Shown: piece after piece, positions 1 through 7,871 of the stretch
Layout of the letters: every line of letters starts with the position of its first letter
Numbering within the stretch: the stretch's first letter is position 1
Source: a bacterium
GTDB taxonomy: Bacteria; CALINM01
Assembly: GCA_041640455.1 (NCBI GenBank)
Contig: JBEQAF010000011.1
Coordinates: 25,484 to 36,934 of the forward strand
Direction: 5' to 3'
Length of the DNA stretch: 11,451 bases
Position numbers and translations under genes: made by a program
The notes under the pieces: generated by a model
The model's input: only the letters and a program-made list of their open reading frames with translations
Databases searched by the model: none
What the model was told of the DNA's origin: nothing

Positions 1-278
1 GACTTGATGAGTCAAAATATAAAGATTTTGTCTTTTACGAAGGGGAGGGGTGTACCGAATGTTCCTTTACTGGATACAAGGGAAGAATAGCCATCGGTGA
101 AATTCTGCTGTTAAATGATTCAATGAAAGAGCTTATAATTGATAAAGCTCCCATTCAGGTTCTAAAGAAAAAAGCTCGGGAACTGGGTACAGTTTTTCTT
201 AGAGAGGCAGCATTAAATAAGGTTTTTCAGGGGATAACCTCATTGAAAGAGATAAACAGGGTTACATTTGTTGAGTGA
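1..278 (+). CDS. GspE/PilB (PulE)-family secretion/pilus assembly ATPase, C-terminal fragment (5' truncated by window)
   Basis: Frame 3 reads LDESKYKDFVFYEGEGCTECSFTGYKGRIAIGEILLLNDSMKELIIDKAPIQVLKKKARELGTVFLREAALNKVFQGITSLKEINRVTFVE*, TGA at 276-278. The GCxxC..TGYKGR zinc-binding motif and the GITSxxEIxRV tail are hallmarks of GspE/PilB. Absent from the ORF track because the start is off-window. Confidence 0.93.
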   Translation, partial: LDESKYKDFVFYEGEGCTECSFTGYKGRIAIGEILLLNDSMKELIIDKAPIQVLKKKARELGTVFLREAALNKVFQGITSLKEINRVTFVE

Positions 279-282
279 TGTG

Positions 283-1140
283 ATGAAAAACATAATAATT
301 TTAGAGAACGATTATCTTTTATATCTTTGTGCAGAGGAAAAGAAGAGTACTTACAGCATTTATGACCTTCAGAGGCTGCAATCAGATGATAGGAAGCTTT
401 ACGAAAGAACTGAAAACGACCTTAAAGTGGATACAGATGTAATCAAAGAGCTATTTGCAAAGCTAAAAGATAGTTCGGAATGCAGGATAAAGGATCCAAA
501 CATTATCTTACCCCATGCGCTCTCCTGGTATCATTACCTTGAAGTGGAGGATTATCCAAAGAATCAGAATGAGGCAGTTGAGTTTATAATGTGGAAAATC
601 CAGAAGATCATGCCCATTCCAAAGGATAATGCGGCTATAAGGATTCAGGTGCTTAGAAGGGAGAAAAATATTAATAAACTACTTGTGGTTGCCACATTCA
701 AATGGTTTGTAAAATCTCTTGAAAATGCTTTGGTGGCTAATGGGTTACAGCCTGATATGATAATTACCCCTACGCTTGCTTTTATGAATGTGTTTGAAAA
801 ATCTCTCCCAAAAAACGGGATAGTTTTCTGGCTTAGAGAAAAGGACTTTTCACAGATACTGTTCAGGGATTATCTGCCCATATTTATAAGAGAGGTGGAC
901 AGACCTCTTGAGCTCGTTAGAGCTGAATTTGAAGTTATGAGTATTATCTCAAATGTTAGAGAAAGATATTCCGATTATGAAGCTACAGAAATACTATATT
1001 TTGACGAGCTCGACAGGTCGGATATTGAGTCCTATTTTACTGACAATGTTAAAAAGTTATCTGTAAAAGATAGGCTTATAAATAGATCGGAAGTGGTTAA
1101 CGCGGGTCCATATATCTGTGGTCTTGGTGTGCTTAAATAG
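283..1140 (+). CDS. PilM/GspL-like cytoplasmic alignment-complex protein (degenerate actin-like fold)
   Basis: ORF track 268..1140; the start is more likely ATG 283 or GTG 280, just after the ATPase stop. Segments IILPH...YP....EAVEFIMWKIQKIMP and YFVK-like ENALVANGLQPDMI resemble PilM-like proteins. No TM segment; lies between the ATPase and the PilN-like gene. Confidence 0.7.
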   Translation: MKNIIILENDYLLYLCAEEKKSTYSIYDLQRLQSDDRKLYERTENDLKVDTDVIKELFAKLKDSSECRIKDPNIILPHALSWYHYLEVEDYPKNQNEAVEFIMWKIQKIMPIPKDNAAIRIQVLRREKNINKLLVVATFKWFVKSLENALVANGLQPDMIITPTLAFMNVFEKSLPKNGIVFWLREKDFSQILFRDYLPIFIREVDRPLELVRAEFEVMSIISNVRERYSDYEATEILYFDELDRSDIESYFTDNVKKLSVKDRLINRSEVVNAGPYICGLGVLK

Positions 1141-1148
1141 GGTTACTT

Positions 1149-1703
1149 ATGAGATATAACATAAATTTTTCATCCTTTGACCGTAAGAGGGAGAAACAGA
1201 AAAAGTTATTAGGGCTTTTATATATTATCGTCATAGCGGTGCTGGTTTTTTTTGCCCTCTTCGGACTGAAAAAATCCAATGATATGCTTTCAGAGATAGA
1301 CAGGATAAGAAACGAAGCAAAGGCAGTGGAAGAGAACATTGCAAAGGATCTGGAACAAAGAAGAAAATTTCTGTCCGATGAGGAGGTAAGGGTTCTCACG
1401 GAAAAGCTTGTATTCTATTCATCCCTTTATGATAACAGATTTTATATTACCGCCTTTCTGACAGGACTGGAAGAGATAATCCCGGCTGGAGTAAGTCTGA
1501 AAAACATTGACATTGACATGACCAGAAAGAGCTTTGTCCTTACCGGTGAGAGCCTGAGTCCCGAGGGCGCTGTTAGCTTTTCCAAAAAAATTCAAGATCT
1601 TAATTACATTAAAAATGTGGAGATTTCAAAACAGAGCTTCCAGCGGCTGGGAGATAAAAAGCTGCTTGTCAATGATTTTGATATAAAGGGGGAGCTATAT
1701 TGA
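1149..1703 (+). CDS. PilN-like inner-membrane alignment protein
   Basis: N-terminal INF motif (cf. INLL of PilN), one TM helix (LLGLLYIIVIAVLVFFALFG), a coiled coil, and a PilN-domain-like segment FLTGLEEIIPAGVSLKNI...FVLTGES. Confidence 0.82.
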   Translation: MRYNINFSSFDRKREKQKKLLGLLYIIVIAVLVFFALFGLKKSNDMLSEIDRIRNEAKAVEENIAKDLEQRRKFLSDEEVRVLTEKLVFYSSLYDNRFYITAFLTGLEEIIPAGVSLKNIDIDMTRKSFVLTGESLSPEGAVSFSKKIQDLNYIKNVEISKQSFQRLGDKKLLVNDFDIKGELY

Positions 1704-2200
1704 GAAGCTCCGTTATACTGATAATATTTTTAGTCATAGTAAACCTCTTTTTGTGGCTCTATTATATCCCTTCTAAGGAAAAGGGGATTGAAAGAGTTCT
1801 CTCCGAATACAATGCTGTGAGAGAGAAAAGGGCTAAAGAGAGAATACTGTCATTTAAAGATGTTTTTGAGAATAGAGAGAAAATAGGAGAGATGGAGAAA
1901 AAGCTGAGGTCAAGAGATGATTTTTCAAAAGTAATAACATACATTTTTGATAAAACCTTTCAGAGCAAGGTGGAGATAAAAAGCATAAACTATAACTTTG
2001 AAGAGAAAAAGGATCTGAAGCTTACCAAGCTTACCCTTAATATTGCCCTTGAAGGTAACTACTCAGGGATTAAAAAATATGTATATGATCTGGAAAGCGG
2101 CTCCCATTTCATTATGGTGGACATTTTGAAAATACAGAAAGGTGTGGATATTCTCAATGCCAGCCTGACGGTTACAACCTATCTTAAAGGTGCTAACTGA
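1700..2200 (+). CDS. PilO/GspM-like inner-membrane alignment protein
   Basis: TTG start overlapping the pilN-like stop, with a GGGGAG RBS upstream. N-terminal TM helix, coiled coil, and the C-terminal PilO-like motif LNIALEGNYSGIKKYVYDLE...LTVTTYL. Confidence 0.82.
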   Translation: MRSSVILIIFLVIVNLFLWLYYIPSKEKGIERVLSEYNAVREKRAKERILSFKDVFENREKIGEMEKKLRSRDDFSKVITYIFDKTFQSKVEIKSINYNFEEKKDLKLTKLTLNIALEGNYSGIKKYVYDLESGSHFIMVDILKIQKGVDILNASLTVTTYLKGAN

Positions 2201-2775
2201 TGGAAAGGAAAAAGAAGATAGCCATATCGTTAGCTGTTATCTGGGCATTTTTAATAATAATCAGGCTTTTTTCCTCAGGTGATGAGCGAAAAAGGCTGGT
2301 TACTGCAACAACAGAAAGGGCTACAAGGCAGATTGATGTGAGAGTTCAGAACAGGGCTGTTAAATATCCAGAACTAAAAGGTTTTTCGGTAAAAAAAGAC
2401 CTTTTCAGCGATCTGATAGGTAAAACTAAGGATAATGCCAGCGTTGATAAAGAGAAAAAGCAGGAGATAAAAGCAGCTCCTCCGCTTCCTGTTCTACCCG
2501 AACAGCCAAAGATAGTAAAGGTGGAGAATACTGTTGAGAAGATAGATCCGCTAAAGGATATTATTCTCATAGGCATACTTGATAAAAAAAGTAAAAGGCT
2601 GGCTTTTATTAAAAAAGGAAATGATATAAAATCATTTTCAAGGAACGATAAAATTTTTGATACCGATTACAGAATAGACCGGATAGGTAAAACGGAGGTT
2701 CAGCTTATTAACGATGGTGGAGATTTCAGAATACTAAAATTAGACAAAGAGGTTGCAGATGATAAAAAAGATTAA
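2200..2775 (+). CDS. PilP/GspC-like membrane-anchored linker protein
   Basis: TGATG coupling to the upstream gene. N-terminal TM, KDLF motif (cf. RDPF of PilP), Pro-rich linker APPLPVLPEQP, and a C-terminal beta domain LIGIL...AFIKKG...DKIF..YRIDRI typical of the PilP/GspC HR fold. Directly precedes the secretin. Confidence 0.68.
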   Translation: MERKKKIAISLAVIWAFLIIIRLFSSGDERKRLVTATTERATRQIDVRVQNRAVKYPELKGFSVKKDLFSDLIGKTKDNASVDKEKKQEIKAAPPLPVLPEQPKIVKVENTVEKIDPLKDIILIGILDKKSKRLAFIKKGNDIKSFSRNDKIFDTDYRIDRIGKTEVQLINDGGDFRILKLDKEVADDKKD

Positions 2776-5047
2776 TATTATAGCTCTGGTTTTATTTTTC
2801 GGACTTGTCTGCCTTTCCTGTTCTTCCTACAGGGCATACAGAACAGCGGAAAATCTTATGGCTGAGGGCAAATATGACGAGGCTATCGGATATTATAACA
2901 AGGCGCTTCAGGAAAGCCCTGGAGATATTGAATATTCCATAAAGCTAACAAGAGCAAAAGAAGCAGCTGCTCAGTTTCATTTCGAAAAAGGAAAAAGAGC
3001 TATTGCAGAAGGTAATCTGGATGAGGCTGAAAAAGAGTTTAATTTAACACTGGTGTTAGACCCCACTTTTAGAAGAGCCTTTGAATATTTACAGGAGATA
3101 AAGATAAAAAAAGAAGCCCTTGTAAGCCTTGAAAGGGCAAAAACCTTTGCGGTTTCCAATAAATACAAAGAGGCAATAGATGAAGCAAAAAGAGCCTATT
3201 CCTTAAATCCAGATCTTGTAGAGGCTAAAAATCTGGCTGACAGGCTTTTAAAGGAGAGTGTGAAAAGCCCGCTGGAATATGAGCTGAATATAAAGTCCAC
3301 CAAGCCCATAACACTGAAATTTAAAGATGCGCCCATAAAAGATGTATTTGATGTGCTTTCGAAGCTTTCTGGTATAAACTTTTTATTTGATGAGCAGATT
3401 AGAGATAACAAGGTAACCATATTCATTGAAGAGGCATCTTTTGTGCAGGCGCTGGAGCTTTTGCTTTTTACAAATAAGCTTGCTATAAAGGTGATTAATC
3501 AGAAAAATGCCATCGTATACCCGGATACCAAGCAGAAAAGAAAGGAGTACGAAGAGTATTATATTAAAACCTTTTTTCTCAAGTACGCCGATGCAAAAAA
3601 GGTGGTCAATACGTTAAGAAATCTGGTAGAGGTCAGGCAGATATTTGTAAACGAAGAAACAAACGCCATAATTATAAGGGCAGACCTGGATAGCCTTGAG
3701 CTTTCAGAAAAGATTATTCAGGCAAACGATATGGCAAAAGCAGAGGTACTTCTGGATCTTGAGTTTGTTGAGGTAAACAGAAATGATCTGGAAAGGCTGG
3801 GCGTGGATTTTAACCCCTATTCAATAAGTGCGGGATTTGGAAAGGGTAGAAATCCCTCTGCTATAGTGGAAAACTCAAACGTAACCGTAAAAACTGGAGA
3901 TACCCTTCTTTCCATAAAAGATCTGGAGATTGGTAAGATTAACAGAAACATACTTTTTACTCTCCCATATATTACAATTAACTTTTTGAAGCAAAACGGT
4001 GTAACCAAGACCCTTGCAAATCCTCAGATAAAGACTCTGGATGGTGGAAAATCTCAGGTTCTTGTAGGAGACAGAGTGCCTGTCATTACAGTAACCGTTA
4101 GCGGTGCTGACCAGAGGTCAGAAAATGTGCAGTATGTTGATGTGGGTGTTAAATTTAATGTGGAACCCAAGATTCTTTCCAACGACGAGGTGGAGCTAAA
4201 GATTGAGGCTGAGGTAAGCAATATTGTGAGCGAATCCAAAACTCTGAACGGAACCACTGTTTATAGAATAGGAACCAGAAATGCAAAAACTACCTTAAGG
4301 GTTAAGGATGGAGAGACTACCGTATTGGGAGGACTTATTCAGAACAGGGTAGAGAGGGCAAAATCAGGGATTGCTTTCCTTAGCGATATTCCTGTTCTTG
4401 GAGCTTTGTTTTCCAGTTATACAAATAAAGTGGATCAGGCAGATATATTTATCTCCATTACTCCGAGAGTAACCAAAGGTGTGGTATATCCTACTTCAGA
4501 TTTTACCAATATCTGGTCAGGTACAGAAGACAGACTGTCTGCCAAGCCCATGTTAAGGTCTATAGTAGAAACTTCTGAGCCTGCAGAAGAAGCAGCGAAG
4601 AGAGAATCCCTTTCAGGTAAGGTAGAGGGCGAGATAAAAGATGAGAATGCCTTTATAGCTGCCGTGGGAACTGATAGTGTGGCTGTGGGAGAGGAGTTTG
4701 AGGTAGATATTATAATGTCAGGAGTCAGAGATGTAGTTGAGTTCGAGGTTTCTGGAACCATAAATGGTGCATTCATAGAAGGGGTTAAATTTATTGAGGA
4801 AGATCTGAAAAGAAGTGACTCCGACATATACAGGGCTTCCTTTGATCCCAGGTCTGGACTTTTCAAAATTTATGGCAGATTTGATGAAGAGCTGGCTCCA
4901 ACACTTTCTATTGGCAAGCTTTTGCTTAAAGGCAAAAATAAGGCATTAAATGTGGAGGCTGTTTTATTCTCCTCCGTAAAGATCAGGCTTATGGATGGAA
5001 AAATTTATACACTGAAAAGTAATAATGCAGTTCTGGATGTAAAATAG
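2759..5047 (+). CDS. Secretin (GspD/PilQ family) with lipoprotein-like signal, TPR repeats, STN/Secretin_N domains and C-terminal cohesin-like domain
   Basis: GAGG RBS at 2749-2752 favours ATG 2759 over TTG 2753. Signal peptide ends CLS-C (Cys codon 2819). TPR-like helices (GKYDEAIGYYNKAL, AEKEFNLTLVLDP), STN (ITLKFKDAPIKDVFDVLSKLSGINFLFD), N domain (KTFFLKYADAKKV), and secretin core (TLANPQIKTLDG, YVDVGVKFNVEP, LRVKDGETTVLGGLI, LSDIPVLGALFS, IFISITPRV). Confidence 0.95.
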   Translation: MIKKINIIALVLFFGLVCLSCSSYRAYRTAENLMAEGKYDEAIGYYNKALQESPGDIEYSIKLTRAKEAAAQFHFEKGKRAIAEGNLDEAEKEFNLTLVLDPTFRRAFEYLQEIKIKKEALVSLERAKTFAVSNKYKEAIDEAKRAYSLNPDLVEAKNLADRLLKESVKSPLEYELNIKSTKPITLKFKDAPIKDVFDVLSKLSGINFLFDEQIRDNKVTIFIEEASFVQALELLLFTNKLAIKVINQKNAIVYPDTKQKRKEYEEYYIKTFFLKYADAKKVVNTLRNLVEVRQIFVNEETNAIIIRADLDSLELSEKIIQANDMAKAEVLLDLEFVEVNRNDLERLGVDFNPYSISAGFGKGRNPSAIVENSNVTVKTGDTLLSIKDLEIGKINRNILFTLPYITINFLKQNGVTKTLANPQIKTLDGGKSQVLVGDRVPVITVTVSGADQRSENVQYVDVGVKFNVEPKILSNDEVELKIEAEVSNIVSESKTLNGTTVYRIGTRNAKTTLRVKDGETTVLGGLIQNRVERAKSGIAFLSDIPVLGALFSSYTNKVDQADIFISITPRVTKGVVYPTSDFTNIWSGTEDRLSAKPMLRSIVETSEPAEEAAKRESLSGKVEGEIKDENAFIAAVGTDSVAVGEEFEVDIIMSGVRDVVEFEVSGTINGAFIEGVKFIEEDLKRSDSDIYRASFDPRSGLFKIYGRFDEELAPTLSIGKLLLKGKNKALNVEAVLFSSVKIRLMDGKIYTLKSNNAVLDVK

Positions 5048-5073
5048 AATTAAGGTCAGATGGTTAAATTTTA

Positions 5074-5604
5074 ATGATGATACTTGATTGGAAAGCTCTT
5101 AAAATTACTGGTCAGGTATCTGAAAAGAAAAGCGAGGGACGTGGTCTTACTTTAATTGAACTGGTAGTTGCAGTGGCTGTACTTGCCGTGCTGGCATCGG
5201 CTGTTTTTCCGGTTGCAAGAATGACCGTAAAAAGGACAAAAGAAATGGAACTGAGATACAACTTAAGGATTATCAGAAAAGCTATTGATGATTATAAAAG
5301 AGCTTATGATGAAAAGCGGATTCCTCAGAGGCTCGGCGCTTCTGGATACCCGCCCAGCCTTGAAAAGCTCGTTGAGGGAGAAGATGATGTTACTTCTCCC
5401 GTGCCAGGTAAGAAGATTTATTTTTTAAGAAGGATCCCCAGAGATCCCTTTAACACAGATAAAAACCTGTCTCCAGCAGAAACGTGGGGGAAGAGAAGCT
5501 ATTCCAGTGATTTTGATAATCCCAGAGAAGGGGATGATCTTTTTGATGTATACTCTTTAAGTGAGGAAACAGCCTTAGATGGAACTAAATATAAAGACTG
5601 GTAA
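5074..5604 (+). CDS. Type II secretion pseudopilin-like protein (PulG/GspG-like, class III signal peptide)
   Basis: Prepilin cleavage site GRG|LTLIELVVAVAVLAVLA with Glu5; GYPPSLEKLVEG and LRRIPRDP motifs. Confidence 0.88.
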   Translation: MMILDWKALKITGQVSEKKSEGRGLTLIELVVAVAVLAVLASAVFPVARMTVKRTKEMELRYNLRIIRKAIDDYKRAYDEKRIPQRLGASGYPPSLEKLVEGEDDVTSPVPGKKIYFLRRIPRDPFNTDKNLSPAETWGKRSYSSDFDNPREGDDLFDVYSLSEETALDGTKYKDW

Positions 5605-5968
5605 GAAGGGCTTTACCCTACTGGAGCTTATTATCGTTATTTCAATCATAGGGATTCTTCTGACCATAGCCCAGCCCACCTATAAAAACTCAGTTATTAA
5701 AGCTAAGGAGACAGTTTTAAGGGAAAATCTGTTTGCAATGCGTAGCGCCATAGACCAGTATTATGCGGATAATCAGAGGTATCCCGACTCGCTGGATCTA
5801 CTTGTTAAAAAAGGATACCTGAGGAGCATACCAAAAGATCCCTTTACAGACTCAAACTCCACATGGATTATTGTTAATTCGCCAATTCCAGATGAGCCGG
5901 GTATTTACGATATTAAAAGCGGAAGCAACCAGATAAGTCTTTCCGGTACTCCCTATGCTGACTGGTAA
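5579..5968 (+). CDS. Small type II secretion pseudopilin (GspG/OxpG-like)
   Basis: KKG|FTLLELIIVISIIGIL with Glu5; AIDQYYAD..RYPDSLDLLVKKGYLRSIPKDP. Overlaps the upstream gene by 26 nt. Confidence 0.9.
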   Translation: MELNIKTGKKGFTLLELIIVISIIGILLTIAQPTYKNSVIKAKETVLRENLFAMRSAIDQYYADNQRYPDSLDLLVKKGYLRSIPKDPFTDSNSTWIIVNSPIPDEPGIYDIKSGSNQISLSGTPYADW

Positions 5969-6422
5969 CAGAGGATTTACATACATATTTGTTCTGATTC
6001 TAATGTTTTTTATCGGTGCAGGATTTGCATCGGCAGGCAAGGTATGGAAGCAGTCCATGCAAAGGGAGAAGGAAGAAGAGCTGCTTTTCAGGGGTGATCA
6101 GATTGTGAAAGGGCTTCAAAGTTATTATTACAGCAGTCATGGGGGGGTAAACTTTCTTCCGAGAAAGCTTGAGGATTTGCTTAAAGATAATAGATTTTTA
6201 AGCATAAAAAGGCATTTAAGAAAGATTTATACGGACCCGATGACAGAAGACGGACAGTGGGATATAATAAGAGATGAAGCGGGGAGAATAAAGGGTGTTA
6301 GAAGCAAAAGTGAGAAAGAGCCTTTAAAAAAGAAAGGTTTCCCGATGGAATATAGACATTTTGAAAATAAAAAAAGTTACAGGGAATGGGAGTTTGTGTT
6401 TACACCCAGGAAAACTTCGTAA
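5955..6422 (+). CDS. Minor pseudopilin-like protein lacking Glu5 (GspK-like N-terminus)
   Basis: NRG|FTYIFVLILM class III-like site without Glu5; REKEEELLFRG, LEDLLKD and RHLRKIYTDPMT motifs. Overlaps the upstream gene by 14 nt. Confidence 0.8.
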   Translation: MLTGNRGFTYIFVLILMFFIGAGFASAGKVWKQSMQREKEEELLFRGDQIVKGLQSYYYSSHGGVNFLPRKLEDLLKDNRFLSIKRHLRKIYTDPMTEDGQWDIIRDEAGRIKGVRSKSEKEPLKKKGFPMEYRHFENKKSYREWEFVFTPRKTS

Positions 6423-6436
6423 ATTTGGGAGATACT

Positions 6437-7804
6437 ATGGCAAACGTACTTATAGTTGACGATGAAAAGCTGATTCTTGACATGATAAAAATTGAACTGG
6501 AGAAATATGGACATAATGTAACTACCACAGCCTCATCAAAAGAAGCTATTAAACTACTGGAGCTATATGATTTTAATCTTGCGCTTATTGATCTTATGAT
6601 GCCCCATATTACAGGGCTGGAGCTACTGCAGCTAATAAAAGAAAAAAATCCCGATATTCAGGTGATAATGATTACAGCTCATGGAAGCATTGAGACCGCT
6701 GTAAAGGCTATGAAGCTCGGTGCATTTGATTATATAACCAAACCATTTTCCATAGATGAATTTATTATTACTGTTAATAAGGCTTTGGAATATGCCAGAA
6801 CACAGGCAGAACTAAACTATTACAGGAAAGAGCAGAAAGCTAACTATAGCTTGGATGCCATAATAGGCACCAGCAAGGAGATCTGTGAGGTAAAAGCCAT
6901 AATTAAAAGAGTGGCAAGCGCCGATGTAAAGGTTGTGCTAATTGAGGGCGAGAGCGGCGTAGGTAAGGAGCTAATAGCGAGAGCCATACATAGTGAAAGC
7001 CATAGAAATAAAAAACCATTTGTAGCCATAAACTGTGCCTCTCTACCTGAAAATCTGCTTGAGTCTGAACTTTTTGGTTATGAAAAGGGAGCTTTTACGG
7101 ATGCCAAATCCTCTAAGGAAGGTTTAATAGAGTTTGCCGATGGTGGGGTACTGTTTCTTGACGAGATAGGAGATATGCCGCTTAGTCTCCAGGCAAAACT
7201 ATTAAGATTTCTTGAAGATAGATCGGTCAGAAGGCTTGGCGGGCTTACAGATACAAGAGTTGATGTTCAGCTTGTGGCAGCAACAAATAAAAATCTTAAA
7301 AAACTGGTATTAGATGGCAAGTTCAGGGAAGACCTGTACTATAGAATAAAAGTTGTTCCCATTTATGTTCCGCCGCTAAGAGATAGAGCGGAAGACATAC
7401 TTGAGATCTCCAGATTTTATATAAACCTTTTTAACAGGGAGTTTAAAAAACAGATTAAAGGTTTTTCTCCGATTGCCCAGAAACTTGTTCTAAGCTACGA
7501 CTGGCCTGGAAATGTAAGAGAGCTAAGAAATACCATTGAAAGAGCTATGATATTTGAGGATAAAGACCTTATAATGGTTGAAAGATTGCCCCTCGAGATT
7601 ATATCGGTTTCATCAAGACAGCCCAAAAATAAGTTTGAAGTTAAAATCCCCGAAGGCGGAATAGACATTGAAGAGGTTGAAAGAGAGCTTTTAAAGCAGG
7701 CTCTGATGGTTGCTAAAGGCAATCAGTCAAAAGCTGCAAGGCTCTTAAATATTGGTGTCGACGCCATGAGATATCGAATGAAAAAGTACGGTTTTCTTAA
7801 ATAA
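6437..7804 (+). CDS. Sigma54-dependent response regulator, NtrC/AtoC family (REC-AAA+-Fis HTH)
   Basis: GGAGA RBS at 6428-6432 supports ATG 6437 rather than 6386. REC motifs VLIVDDE, LIDLMMP, MITAHG, YITKPF; Walker A GESGVGKE; GAFTDA loop; Walker B LFLDEIGD; FREDLYYR; WPGNVREL; C-terminal HTH GNQSKAARLLNI. Confidence 0.96.
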   Translation: MANVLIVDDEKLILDMIKIELEKYGHNVTTTASSKEAIKLLELYDFNLALIDLMMPHITGLELLQLIKEKNPDIQVIMITAHGSIETAVKAMKLGAFDYITKPFSIDEFIITVNKALEYARTQAELNYYRKEQKANYSLDAIIGTSKEICEVKAIIKRVASADVKVVLIEGESGVGKELIARAIHSESHRNKKPFVAINCASLPENLLESELFGYEKGAFTDAKSSKEGLIEFADGGVLFLDEIGDMPLSLQAKLLRFLEDRSVRRLGGLTDTRVDVQLVAATNKNLKKLVLDGKFREDLYYRIKVVPIYVPPLRDRAEDILEISRFYINLFNREFKKQIKGFSPIAQKLVLSYDWPGNVRELRNTIERAMIFEDKDLIMVERLPLEIISVSSRQPKNKFEVKIPEGGIDIEEVERELLKQALMVAKGNQSKAARLLNIGVDAMRYRMKKYGFLK

Positions 7805-7815
7805 AGCCGTAAAAC

Positions 7816-7844
7816 TTTACAAAATCGCTTTTCTGAGATATATT
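7816..7844 (+). promoter_or_regulatory. Putative sigma70 promoter for the 7872-10643 genes
   Basis: TTTACA (7816-7821), 17-nt spacer, TATATT (7839-7844) in the intergenic gap; GGAGG RBS at 7861-7865. Confidence 0.6.
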
Positions 7845-7871
7845 TTCATTAAACATGAATGGAGGTGTTTT

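Noticed and set aside
4912..4926. TGGCAAGCTTTTGCT as a sigma54 promoter upstream of the pseudopilin genes
   Set aside because: GG to GC spacing is 9 nt rather than the strict 10, and the site is inside the secretin CDS.
6386..6436. N-terminal extension of the response regulator given by the ORF track
   Set aside because: It overlaps the upstream gene; the RBS and REC domain start support ATG 6437.
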